Assembly (NCBI GenBank): GCA_910588205.1
Contig: CAJUQK010000012.1
Location: 467-64,466 of the forward strand
Length of the DNA stretch: 64,000 nucleotides
From: an uncultured Eggerthellaceae bacterium
Lineage (GTDB): Bacteria > Actinomycetota > Coriobacteriia > Coriobacteriales > Eggerthellaceae
Reading direction: 5' to 3'
The notes beneath the pieces were generated by a model that ran no database searches, was not told the DNA's origin, and saw nothing but the letters and a program-made list of their open reading frames with translations. The position numbers were made by a program, and so were the translations under genes. Below, one piece after another: positions 32,393-41,741 of this stretch; position 1 is the first letter of the stretch, and each line of letters opens with the position of its first letter.

Positions 32393-35300
32393 CTACCTGC
32401 ACCTACGACGCTCAGAGAAGAGGAGGGATGCCGCCGCGCACATTCCTACGATGCCGACGATCATGCCCGCAAAGGCAACGACTGGCGCACCGCCATGAGA
32501 AGGAGCGGAAGCGAGCAAATCCGCCCCCTCCGTTGAATCGAGCTTAGCCATTGCCTGATCAAGCGAGGTTACAGCAAGCAGGCCAGCCTCCTCCGCGAAG
32601 GATCCGCTCCCTCCAATGAACCCCATGGAAGAGCCTGCAGAAACGCCAGTAGGCATCTGAGCGCCAAGAACTCGACTTGATGCTGATGGTGTGCTGGGTT
32701 CGCTTGCTGTCGATGACGCCCCATTGAGCGCGCTTGCCACCTTCAGCGCGAACAGGCAACCGCCATCATTCACATAGTAAAGGCGGCCATGGGCGTCAGC
32801 TGCCAAGCTCGAGAGGCAGTAGTCCGCGTTATCCGGATCAGGGCGGAAGGCGACCTGCGCTGCCGAAGAGCCCGCCTTGAGCGCGTAGACGGCGCTATCA
32901 GAATGGTTGCAGGTGAAGTACACGTACGTAGCGTCCTGCTGCCTGGAAACCAGCGGCCTGCTCTTCACCTCACCAGGAAGCGGACGGCCATCCGCGCTAA
33001 CTACGGCGGTGCAGGCCATGGTCGTCAGGTCGATGCAAGCAAGGACCCCATTCCCATCGGTCAGAGCACCTCCTACGTAGGCTACCCCGCTAACAACAGT
33101 TGGGGTGCTCGTGGATGTTGCCGCGAATCTGACGCTGCCGACTTCGTGCAATGATCCATCTGTGCTCACCGCGATCTTGTGGAAGACGCCATCACGGGTC
33201 ACACAGAAGGCGTAGTCGCCTTCTGTTACCACAGTAGAGCGCATTCCAGCAGAGAGCGATAACCTGTGAACCGGGTCGCCCGTCTTCGAATCGACGGGGA
33301 TCGCTTCAAGGTCACCGTCGTCGCCGCACATGAGCACATAGCCGTTCGATTCTGCCGCACCCGCCCAGTAATATCCAGAAGCGTCGTTGGTGCGCTTCCA
33401 ACGAAGAGCGCCCGTATTAGCGTCCACGCACATCAGGCATCCACCGTAGGTTGCCTCAGCGTCTGCGATCGCTGTACCGGCATAGATGTATCCGTCATGG
33501 ACGAAGAGCGAGGAGAGCGACTGATGGGATGAAAGGTAGCTGATCGCCCGACGAGCATCGGCACCTTCCAGCGCAGCTGCAGGCACAGCCGTAGAGCTGA
33601 GAGCCGCTAGAGCCAGTTCATGAGTGATGGTCCCTTGGGGAAGCGGATCGCTCACCCAGATGCAGTGAAGCGTCGTTGCGGAGAACGCCTGCAGTCGCCC
33701 GTCAGCAAGGGGAACGACGATCTTGCCTGCGGTGTAGACCGGGCGACACCCACCTTTGTTGACGGATGCAGCCAAGGCCACCGACGCAATGAGCTTCCCT
33801 GTAGCCTGGTCGATCGTGCAGAGGCGGTCACCCGAGACCATGTAGACCTTGCCATTCAGCAAAACAGGCTCCGACCATGTTGCCCCGCTCGCGCTCACCT
33901 CAGGGACAAACGTCCAATCTGCCATGATGCCGACTGTCGGGGTTGCTCCTGCGACCGACGAGCTTGCGCCAAAGCCCTTCCATTCCACCTGTACCTCGGG
34001 AGTTCCCTCTTGAGGGTATGTTTGGATTGCGCTCGGCCGGGTATCGCGAATGCCCGTAGTGTCCACATAGCGCAACTCGATGGAATCGCCCGGCTTCATG
34101 GCGTAGCTGCATGCAAGGGTATCTGCATAGACACCGTTGATATAGAACGCCCAGTACGACCAGGGGGCATTGGCGCTCATGGCCAGCGTGCGCGCGCCAT
34201 CAGACGTGGTTATGGAGTACGGGAATCCGCCCTTGGTGTCGTAGAAATAGCCCGCTTCGTCAAGGAGCGCCTTGAAAGCGTCCCACGCTGTGACGCGCAC
34301 GTCCTTTTCCCAACGAAACTCGCTCAGGGGGATCCACGTCTCGTCGAGGAAGACTTCGCCCGGCTTATGCGGAGTGACCCCTGTCACCTTCACGGTTGCC
34401 TTTGAGAGAGCCCCCTGCGGATCGCTCGGCCCCTCGCTCTGGGTCGACTTCGTGAAGGGCCCGGCGTAATCCTCGGCCTCAACGACGTTATCACCTGCTT
34501 GGGCCTTCACGGAAACCCAAAGGCCAGCGAACTCGTCAGGAATAGTGAAGATCGCGCCTGTGATGCCAGGAATGTCGTGCCAATCGGCTTCGCCCCAGTA
34601 GTTCGGCTTGGTGGCGCTCCATCGCCACGTGTATTCCACGCCGTCATGGACGGGCACCTGATCCCAGTAATCGCCTTCATAGGCGAGCGCCTTCAGGGTT
34701 TCACGCGTCTGCGTCACCGCCGATGCGTTCAGGACGCTCACGCTATAGAGGATATGGGCACCTTTGGGCAGGATGCGGCCAGCTTCGGTAGCGTGCTGAT
34801 CACAACCCGGTACGCCGTTCTTCGCCGTGGCGACCACGCGGAGGAACTTGCCCGCATAGTCCCCGACCGTGAAGCTGCCGCCAGTGGCGACGGTCGAGAA
34901 GGGGCCGCTGGCCGCGCTAGAGATCTGCCATTCGAAAGTGATCTTGTCATCAAGATAGAGCTCGTTGGGTAGACTGCTGTCGTAGGCTGCCGCGCGGATG
35001 GTGTCGCCCACATTCGCGTTGGGCACGCTCTCATTGTCATCTTCGAAAGCGTCGTTACCAAAGGCGAGCACCACATGATCGATGATGATCTGTCCCTTGG
35101 CTTTGACGGGGCCGGGGGTGTTGTACGTGACCGATGCCGGCGCCTTGAGGGAACTGCTGGGCCCATAGAGCTCGTGGCCGTCTCCCACGACCTTGACGCG
35201 AATGTACTTGCCTGCAAGTTGTGCCGCCAGCGATTCGGTTATCGTCAGGCTCTTCTGCGTGGCACCTTCGATGGGATCAAATGCGCTGTCAGGCGCTTCC

Positions 35301-36205
35301 TGTTCGCTAGAGCACAGCCATTGGTAGCGCCATGAAGGTTGGTCGGCCATGCGACGGTTGGGCGACGCTTCGCCATCGTAGGCGTTGGCGTGAAGGGTAG
35401 TGCCCGCAGAAAGCGGAGCGGCTTCCACCTTATCGAGGTGGGACGTCGCATCACCAGACGCCTGGATGAGGATGTAGGAGTGGCTGTCGAAAGCAGTCTT
35501 GTCGGGAATCGGGGCTTTGATCGTCGAGCTGTTCGAGAGCGCACCTCTGTAGTTATTGGCGCTCTGCGGGCCATCAAGCGCAACGCTCCCTGACGTGATG
35601 CGCACGAAGAGGTGCTTGCCATCGAGCTTCTTGCCAAGCTCTTCGGTGAGTTCGAACGCCTCCTGTGTTGCGCCCGGGATGGCATCGGCGTCCGAAAGCG
35701 CGCCAGGTTTGGTATCGCTGCACGCGAACCATTGGAAGACGAAACCCCCATCATCCTTTATGCGAGAAGTCGTCGTCTTCCAGGCATGGGCGTAGTAGGT
35801 CTTCGGAGCCTGCTGATTGCCGGAAATGGCTTGCGCACGGATCTGATTCGGTGATGTCGATATCGAAGCGAAACAGGTGCTCGTGAATGCAGAAGCGGCG
35901 CGTGAGCTTTCCGCTGCGTTGTCTTGAAGCAGAGCAGCTTCGTCGAAAGAGGCGGGAAGGGCCGAATCCAAGGGCGGTTCGATATCGGAAGCGGGAGGGT
36001 CAGGCTCTGAAACCCCAGGAGCGGATCCATGGTCATTCGAGTCTTCTTCTGCGGCTGTCGAGTCAGGAGCATCGGCTTGCGTGTTGGGGGAAACGAGCTC
36101 ATCTTCAGCCGCATCGAGCGCGAATGCGTAGGTAGGGACGAGCGAGACGCACAGAAGCAGTGATAGCAACATGCGCACAAACTTAGAACCGATCATGGTC
36201 GACAC
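32393..36205 (-). CDS. 1270-aa cell-surface protein: signal peptide, four Y/F-x-W…GAT…GK-type repeat modules, an internal DUF4430-like domain, a PQQ/BamB-like beta-propeller and a C-terminal TM anchor
   Basis: Repeat modules FVFQWFAC…IPGATQEAF…GKHLFVRI, YQWLCS…IEGATQKSL…GKYIRVKV, FEWQIS…GKFLRVVA and YTWRWS…IPGITGAIF…GLWVSVKA. DUF4430-like WDAFKALL…SYWAFYINGVY…PGDSIELRY. Propeller blades such as NGKVYMVSGDRLCTIDQATGK. The tail is …GIVGMCAAASLLFSERRRCR. Confidence 0.8.
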   Translation of the reverse strand: MSTMIGSKFVRMLLSLLLCVSLVPTYAFALDAAEDELVSPNTQADAPDSTAAEEDSNDHGSAPGVSEPDPPASDIEPPLDSALPASFDEAALLQDNAAESSRAASAFTSTCFASISTSPNQIRAQAISGNQQAPKTYYAHAWKTTTSRIKDDGGFVFQWFACSDTKPGALSDADAIPGATQEAFELTEELGKKLDGKHLFVRITSGSVALDGPQSANNYRGALSNSSTIKAPIPDKTAFDSHSYILIQASGDATSHLDKVEAAPLSAGTTLHANAYDGEASPNRRMADQPSWRYQWLCSSEQEAPDSAFDPIEGATQKSLTITESLAAQLAGKYIRVKVVGDGHELYGPSSSLKAPASVTYNTPGPVKAKGQIIIDHVVLAFGNDAFEDDNESVPNANVGDTIRAAAYDSSLPNELYLDDKITFEWQISSAASGPFSTVATGGSFTVGDYAGKFLRVVATAKNGVPGCDQHATEAGRILPKGAHILYSVSVLNASAVTQTRETLKALAYEGDYWDQVPVHDGVEYTWRWSATKPNYWGEADWHDIPGITGAIFTIPDEFAGLWVSVKAQAGDNVVEAEDYAGPFTKSTQSEGPSDPQGALSKATVKVTGVTPHKPGEVFLDETWIPLSEFRWEKDVRVTAWDAFKALLDEAGYFYDTKGGFPYSITTSDGARTLAMSANAPWSYWAFYINGVYADTLACSYAMKPGDSIELRYVDTTGIRDTRPSAIQTYPQEGTPEVQVEWKGFGASSSVAGATPTVGIMADWTFVPEVSASGATWSEPVLLNGKVYMVSGDRLCTIDQATGKLIASVALAASVNKGGCRPVYTAGKIVVPLADGRLQAFSATTLHCIWVSDPLPQGTITHELALAALSSTAVPAAALEGADARRAISYLSSHQSLSSLFVHDGYIYAGTAIADAEATYGGCLMCVDANTGALRWKRTNDASGYYWAGAAESNGYVLMCGDDGDLEAIPVDSKTGDPVHRLSLSAGMRSTVVTEGDYAFCVTRDGVFHKIAVSTDGSLHEVGSVRFAATSTSTPTVVSGVAYVGGALTDGNGVLACIDLTTMACTAVVSADGRPLPGEVKSRPLVSRQQDATYVYFTCNHSDSAVYALKAGSSAAQVAFRPDPDNADYCLSSLAADAHGRLYYVNDGGCLFALKVASALNGASSTASEPSTPSASSRVLGAQMPTGVSAGSSMGFIGGSGSFAEEAGLLAVTSLDQAMAKLDSTEGADLLASAPSHGGAPVVAFAGMIVGIVGMCAAASLLFSERRRCR

Positions 36206-36465
36206 CTCTTTCCAGGGCTTCAGTGCGATGGAGAGGTATTCCGACTTTGCCTCATCTAAGCAGCCACCGTGCCCGGCGAGGACGATACGCGAACCCGAGA
36301 GGTGCGCCTCCGTCCAAGATGCTGCTCATCGGCGTTTACGGTTACTGGTATAGCGGAGGATTCTCACCTCCATTTCCACTCGAAGATGCCGCAGGTTTGG
36401 CAGCTTCGTGCACCCTGCATACGGGCGCACCCCATCATTGCCAATATGAAACCATTATGCACAAT

Positions 36466-37743
36466 CTAATCGATAACCTCAACGTCGCAAGTGAGCTTGC
36501 GCTTGAAATAATCCGAAGCGCTGGAGTGGAACAGTCTTCCTAGTAGACTCTTCTTGTCTTGCTTGCATACCACGAGATCAGGATTGAATGGTTTAATAAG
36601 CATTTCGCTTATAAACTGAGGAGTGAGACCCGCAGGTTCATCGATTGTAGCTCCGCGCATTGCCTTGTTAAAACCCATTACGACCAGCTCTCCTCCTTGG
36701 ATGCTGTCATCGTCGTTCAATGCATCGAGCCTCTCCTTTAGGCTCACGTTCATTCTGTCGCGTATCATCTGGACGAATGTGGGGAAGCTGATTGAGGAAT
36801 CCTGCCTGTCGAATTCATCCACGGCATAGACGAAACGAAGATGCGAATTCGAGTCATGAGCCAGATGCACGGCCTTCTCGATAAGAGCATCATCAGAAGG
36901 CGCGTCATTAAGAACCGCAATAATTCTCCGACGTTTGTTGTTCTGATCGTAAAGGCCACCATCCAATGCGTCTTGAGACGTTGTCTCTATGCCAAAGATC
37001 TCTCGCAGAGCAGATTCGTATTCCTGCTGGTTCTCTATCACTGGGCGTATTGGCTTTTGCGTGTATAGATTCTCTACCGCATCGTATGACAAGCAGATCC
37101 TTCCTTCGGGGCGCTCGATAGAGACATACGGCCCACGCGTAAAGCGACTTCTCTCGTTCTTGCAGAACCAATCGCATTGGTTCTGGTATTCATGAGGCGA
37201 TCGCTCAGTCAACGTGAAGCTGTAAATCAGCTCTTCTTTTCCTTGACGACGTCTGATGAGTCGCCAAACCCCTTGATCTTCAGGATCCTGGCGAAAAGTA
37301 TAAGCATCTCTCCCATCACTCTGCCAGATCCGCGAATCGAAGAGCAGGGGGGTTCTGAAATTCTCGATGTACCCGACATCAACGATCCATTGACTCTCAT
37401 CTTCTGGAAACTCAACGAGAATCAGAGCATGATCGAATTCGTGTCCGTATTTCGGATGCTTTGCGGAGAGCAAACGAGCCTGGTAGCCCATAGAGTTCAA
37501 GGCATCAGCGAACAATAGGTTTAGCTCGAAGCTAAGGCCGCCGCGTCGCCGATTAACAACCTTGTCGTACAAGTCTTTGATCTCTAACGAGATCGGCAAC
37601 CTCTTCTCGATGATATCGAGGTTCTCAACAGGCACCATATAAATATGATGCTCTTGCATGCTCCGCAAAGTTTCGAGATCGGCTTGCTCTATGCCGTTCA
37701 GCCCAATCCGTTCCATGTAGCATTCGATTTGTTGTCTATCCAT
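36466..37743 (-). CDS. Fusion protein: arylamine N-acetyltransferase-like domain with Ser in place of the catalytic Cys, plus a C-terminal universal stress protein (USP) domain
   Basis: NAT motifs VENLD, RRRGGLSFELN (canonical RGGxCxExN), DHALILV (His) and VDVGY (Asp). The USP-like C-half reads RIIAVLNDAPSDDALIEKAVHLA…LRFVYAV…ELVVMG. Confidence 0.75.
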   Translation of the reverse strand: MDRQQIECYMERIGLNGIEQADLETLRSMQEHHIYMVPVENLDIIEKRLPISLEIKDLYDKVVNRRRGGLSFELNLLFADALNSMGYQARLLSAKHPKYGHEFDHALILVEFPEDESQWIVDVGYIENFRTPLLFDSRIWQSDGRDAYTFRQDPEDQGVWRLIRRRQGKEELIYSFTLTERSPHEYQNQCDWFCKNERSRFTRGPYVSIERPEGRICLSYDAVENLYTQKPIRPVIENQQEYESALREIFGIETTSQDALDGGLYDQNNKRRRIIAVLNDAPSDDALIEKAVHLAHDSNSHLRFVYAVDEFDRQDSSISFPTFVQMIRDRMNVSLKERLDALNDDDSIQGGELVVMGFNKAMRGATIDEPAGLTPQFISEMLIKPFNPDLVVCKQDKKSLLGRLFHSSASDYFKRKLTCDVEVID

Positions 37744-37840
37744 GATTCATACCCTTAGAACGTTGCGTCGATAATGTATGAATCTTAATTACAGCCAACA
37801 AGTCATACCATTGTGTTTTGTAACGATTTGCGAACCGTCA

Positions 37841-37859
37841 GTTATGCAACTTGCATAAC
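37841..37859. promoter_or_regulatory. Operator copy 3: GTTATGCA-act-TGCATAAC (perfect 19-nt palindrome) upstream of the NAT-USP gene
   Basis: Same architecture as the sites at 41790 and 43879. Overlaps the SufS stop codon, about 98 nt upstream of ATG 37743. Confidence 0.5.
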
Positions 37860-39088
37860 TATCGGCTCCTAGCTCGAAGCATGACAGATGCGCGATTTAT
37901 TTGCTCCGTTGCAAAATCTATCTCATCAGCTGTGTTGTAGAATGCCGGCGACATGCGAGACACGCTTTCTAACCCTAGGTAATTCAAAAGGGGCTGGGCG
38001 CAGTTATGCCCCGATCTGAGAGCGATGCCTTTCGTATCGAGCAGACAGCAAAGATCGAGAGGATGAACACCGTCTATGGTGAACGAGACCACGCCTGCAC
38101 GCTCTTTCGGTGCGCCAATGATCCGTAATCCCTCTACTACTTGCAGACGATTCTCGGCTTGCTGAAGAAGCTCGTCTTCGTAGCGAGCAATCTCATCTCG
38201 ACCCATCTTCGAAAGATAGTCGCACGCTGCGCCTAATGCAATCGCACCAACATAGTTCGGCGTTCCTGCCTCTAACCTCAGCGGCAGCTTTTCCCAAATG
38301 CCGCGCTCTTCAGTTGCTTTGACCACCATCTCACCACCGAAGTCGCGTGGCGTGATGAGCTCCATCGATGCCAAGGGGCCCACCAACACCCCAACACCCG
38401 TACCTGCCATCATCTTATGACCGGAAAATGCAAGATAGTCACAACCGATGGCCTGAATATCGATTCTTTTATGTCTCATCAGTTGCGCGCCATCGAGTAC
38501 GAAAAGCGCACCATGGTCGTGGCATGCTTTGGCTACTGTTTCAGCAGGAAGGACTGAACCTGTGATGTTGGAGCATCCTGTTAGCGCTACGATGCTCACG
38601 TTGCCAGCAGCGAATTCGCATTCCAAGGCTTCGATGTCGACATCTCCGTTGTCGTCAAGCGGAAGGACGCATAGCTCGGCTCCGCGCTCTTGGCAGACCT
38701 GTTGCCAAGGTAGCAGATTAGAATGATGCTCGGAGACGCTGGTCACTACTTTGTTGCTATGGTCAAGCAAATGCTTCAAGCCTTGCGCTACCATATTGAG
38801 AGAATCCGTGGTCCCGCGAGTGAAAACCACTCCATCGACATCCGGTGCATTCACGAAGTGCGCTACGGTTTGTCGCGCTGTCTCCAATGCTTCTGTAGAG
38901 CGATGCGCGAGATGATGCATTCCCCTATGAACGTTCGCATTATCGTGCGCGTAGTGAGAGACGATGCGATCGGTCACCTCTTGGGGCACCTGAGTTGTTG
39001 CTGCATTGTCTAGGTAAACGAGGGGATTTCCCCTCGTTTCGGATTTTAGGATAGGGAAATCAGCGCGAATCTTTTCGACATCAAGCAT
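37859..39088 (-). CDS. sufS: Cysteine desulfurase, SufS/CsdA-type (class V aminotransferase)
   Basis: PLP-Lys motif FSGHKM, catalytic-Cys loop RSGHNCAQP and N-terminal YLDNAATTQ. Confidence 0.9.
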   Translation of the reverse strand: MLDVEKIRADFPILKSETRGNPLVYLDNAATTQVPQEVTDRIVSHYAHDNANVHRGMHHLAHRSTEALETARQTVAHFVNAPDVDGVVFTRGTTDSLNMVAQGLKHLLDHSNKVVTSVSEHHSNLLPWQQVCQERGAELCVLPLDDNGDVDIEALECEFAAGNVSIVALTGCSNITGSVLPAETVAKACHDHGALFVLDGAQLMRHKRIDIQAIGCDYLAFSGHKMMAGTGVGVLVGPLASMELITPRDFGGEMVVKATEERGIWEKLPLRLEAGTPNYVGAIALGAACDYLSKMGRDEIARYEDELLQQAENRLQVVEGLRIIGAPKERAGVVSFTIDGVHPLDLCCLLDTKGIALRSGHNCAQPLLNYLGLESVSRMSPAFYNTADEIDFATEQINRASVMLRARSR

Positions 39089-39110
39089 GGTAAATGGCCT
39101 ACTCTTGGTG

Positions 39111-39539
39111 CTAATCTACAAGATCGTTATTCGGATGCTTCGCATCGTACAATGCGTGCGCCAATTGCGATATAGTTTCTAATTCTGCTGATTCAGCAGG
39201 TGTGAATTGGACATCTAATGCTCGTTGAAGAGTCAACGACAGGAGAACCTTTTTGATGTCAGTAGAGCTTTGATTGGTACACGTGTTTGAGCCTTGCGCC
39301 AGCGTGACGCTTTTGTCGTTCTGACTCAACAGCTTCTCTATGCTTATCTCTGCGAGGCAGAAGATGTTATCGTTCGGGCATTCCTCTTCCGTGAGGAAGA
39401 ACTTGGCTAGCGTAAATCGTCTCACGGTGTCTGCAAATTGCTCACGTGAAAGGCTTTCGCTCACAAGCATGCTCAAGGCTTCTTCAGCCTCCGCAGAGGC
39501 TATATCGAGTCGCTGCTTCAGCGTCTGTGTCATTGTCAT
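39111..39539 (-). CDS. Hypothetical protein between SufE and SufS
   Basis: 142-aa ORF tightly packed in the operon (gaps of 15 and 22 nt). No motif recognised. Confidence 0.5.
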   Translation of the reverse strand: MTMTQTLKQRLDIASAEAEEALSMLVSESLSREQFADTVRRFTLAKFFLTEEECPNDNIFCLAEISIEKLLSQNDKSVTLAQGSNTCTNQSSTDIKKVLLSLTLQRALDVQFTPAESAELETISQLAHALYDAKHPNNDLVD

Positions 39540-39554
39540 TGATTGCTCCGATCT

Positions 39555-40001
39555 TCAAAAATTGCCATTGCAACGGCTTGCGAGAGCGCTCTCGCAGAAC
39601 AGTTTGATGGTGCTCACTATGGATGCCACCCCCGTTTGCCTCTTCGCATCAAATATATAAGCAAGGTCCGTTTTCTCGATGAAGTCAATTTCGCAATCAA
39701 CGATCTCCTGGGCGCACTTGCCATTGAATATTCGCGACAAGATGAATAAGACGCCGCGGACCATGAGCGTGTCGCTATCTGCTTGAAGAACGAAACCCTC
39801 TCCGTCTTCATCTCCATCCCATCTCATATGGAGCCATACTTGGGACTGACAACCCTCAACTAACGATTCCTCGGTCTTCAAGGGTTCAGGCAACTCATCA
39901 AGTTCTGCAGCGTAGCGCAGCAGAATATCGTATTGCTCGAAAGATCCCCCTGCAGAGAGCATCTCACTCACTATGTTGTCCTGTATTTTTCTGATCAGCA
40001 T
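39555..40001 (-). CDS. sufE: SufE/CsdE-family sulfur acceptor
   Basis: LVEGCQSQVWL is the conserved Cys motif. SDTLMVRGVLFIL also fits. Start at ATG 40001 (AAGGAA RBS), because the ORF-track extension to 40088 runs through a terminator hairpin. Confidence 0.8.
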   Translation of the reverse strand: MLIRKIQDNIVSEMLSAGGSFEQYDILLRYAAELDELPEPLKTEESLVEGCQSQVWLHMRWDGDEDGEGFVLQADSDTLMVRGVLFILSRIFNGKCAQEIVDCEIDFIEKTDLAYIFDAKRQTGVASIVSTIKLFCESALASRCNGNF

Positions 40002-40032
40002 GAGGTCTGATTCCTTATCTTTATTCAACACC

Positions 40033-40075
40033 AAAAAAAGAACGCCCGAAACCGTTTTTCTGGGTTCGGGCGTTC
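40033..40075 (-). terminator. Rho-independent terminator after the isomerase-like gene
   Basis: 11-bp stem GAACGCCCGAA/TTCGGGCGTTC followed on the minus strand by T7. Confidence 0.7.
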
Positions 40076-40077
40076 CC

Positions 40078-40118
40078 GCAAAGTCCACTAGGGGGTAAAA
40101 AAAAGGGGGGGACTTTGC
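40078..40118. repeat. Second hairpin whose loop carries G5-T-A8-G5 (the G7 run extends into the stem)
   Basis: Perfect 9-bp arms GCAAAGTCC/GGACTTTGC. The loop is actaGGGGGTAAAAAAAAGGGGG. Confidence 0.6.
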
Positions 40119-40131
40119 TCCTTGGTAGCGT

Positions 40132-41703
40132 CTATGCCTGAACGATCTCCAGCCCGAGAAGCTCGCCTAGCTCGATGATCTGATCCTCAAAGTCGCCGTA
40201 GATGAGGGGCATATGATTGCCAACAGCTGCCTGTTTGCGGAAGAAGTCCTTGGAATCCTTCACTGTGAAGAAAACGCCCATCGAGCAGTTCGTGTCGTTG
40301 TAGCCGATGGAATCGATGATGGTTCCTTTCGCAACGAACAGCTTTTCAACCGTCGGATCGATGCGGCACATGGTGATGGTCTCGCCGGCATCTGCCGCGA
40401 AGTCATAGCGAATGGTCGCACCCCAACCGCTATGTGCAAATTCGCGAATTGCGTATTCACGAATGGGAGCATCGAAACCGACCCATTTGCGGTTCGGGAC
40501 CGAGTGGAATGTAAGCACGACGTTCTCTTGGTCGCCAAGGTCCACCATCTTCTGGTCGACGGAATCCGGATTGAAGAACAAAGCCTTCGGGAGCGGCTGA
40601 CGAACGCCGTTGCGAATGGGGCTTGTGAAGCAATTGCCCATATAGGATGGCCTACGGCCGATGGCCTGGAGCATAACCTTGGAGATAACGGCACCCAGAT
40701 CGTACTCGCAAGCCGACGGAATGCCATTCTCGTTATCAAGGGAATGCGCAAGGCACATGGTGAACTGCTTCTCGTTCAGACGACGCGTAGCGCACAGGTC
40801 AGGACAAGGCGCAGTGAAAGCATTGCACTCGTACGCGCTCAGGAACTTGTTGATACCGTACCAGGCTTCAACCGACTTCTTCACCGCATCGCGCGTCATC
40901 TGGTTCTCGGAAGCACCGTCGATGAGCTCGTCAGTGAGACGATCGATCTCCTTAGCATCCTCCTCGGTGAAGTTCAGACCCTTACGACCAGGGGTGTTGT
41001 GGTTCTTCATCGGGTCATCGTAGCTGATCTGATCAAGGAGTTCGTGGGCGCTCACATAGCGGAAGCGCGTGCCCCACTTGGCCGTGACTTTCTCCGGGTC
41101 GATGATGCTGTCAGGGGAGCTGACCGAAACCGTGGAAGTCATGCGGGTGGCGCAGAGGACCTTGGTCTCCCTGAGGACCTTGCGTGCACGCAGTACGGTC
41201 ATATACTCGGTTGCATCTGCCCAATCCTCGAAGGGATAGAACTCGAGCCCGCGAGACAAGAACTCCGCAGAAGTGATGGCAGACGCGCAGCATGCCTGCG
41301 TGATGGCGCAAGGCTTGCGGAATCTCTCAGCAAACTCAAGTGCCAGATCGTAGGGACGGCTTGCGTAGCCTATAAAGTAAAGGTCAACCTCGTCACGTCC
41401 CTCGCCGAGTTTATCTAGCATCTCATCCGTCGTAAGGAAGTTCTCGTCGCGCTGCACCTCTACGGGATCAAGAAGATTGACGACGTCCTCCGGCATCGCG
41501 TCTTTTAGCTGCTGATACCAGCTTTTGAACTTCTCGCCTGCCATCATGAGGTCGAAGTCCTTCTCCAGCTGCATGCCCTCGCCGAAGCGGCAGGGACCTT
41601 CGAACATGTACTCATGGTACAGGGTGAGGAACATAGGCTTAACATTCAGCCTGACATCCTCTAGCTTTGGAATCGCCATAGCGCATCCTCTCTTTATCGA
41701 CAT
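40132..41703 (-). CDS. L-fucose/L-arabinose isomerase-like protein (tentative)
   Basis: GIPSACEYDLGAVISKVMLQAIG resembles the aCE.D…m motif of the FucI/AraA superfamily. The remainder was not assignable by eye. The start may be ATG 41679. Confidence 0.4.
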   Translation of the reverse strand: MSIKRGCAMAIPKLEDVRLNVKPMFLTLYHEYMFEGPCRFGEGMQLEKDFDLMMAGEKFKSWYQQLKDAMPEDVVNLLDPVEVQRDENFLTTDEMLDKLGEGRDEVDLYFIGYASRPYDLALEFAERFRKPCAITQACCASAITSAEFLSRGLEFYPFEDWADATEYMTVLRARKVLRETKVLCATRMTSTVSVSSPDSIIDPEKVTAKWGTRFRYVSAHELLDQISYDDPMKNHNTPGRKGLNFTEEDAKEIDRLTDELIDGASENQMTRDAVKKSVEAWYGINKFLSAYECNAFTAPCPDLCATRRLNEKQFTMCLAHSLDNENGIPSACEYDLGAVISKVMLQAIGRRPSYMGNCFTSPIRNGVRQPLPKALFFNPDSVDQKMVDLGDQENVVLTFHSVPNRKWVGFDAPIREYAIREFAHSGWGATIRYDFAADAGETITMCRIDPTVEKLFVAKGTIIDSIGYNDTNCSMGVFFTVKDSKDFFRKQAAVGNHMPLIYGDFEDQIIELGELLGLEIVQA

Positions 41704-41741
41704 TTGACGGAGACTACCGTCGCTAAAGAAGTCTAGGAGCG

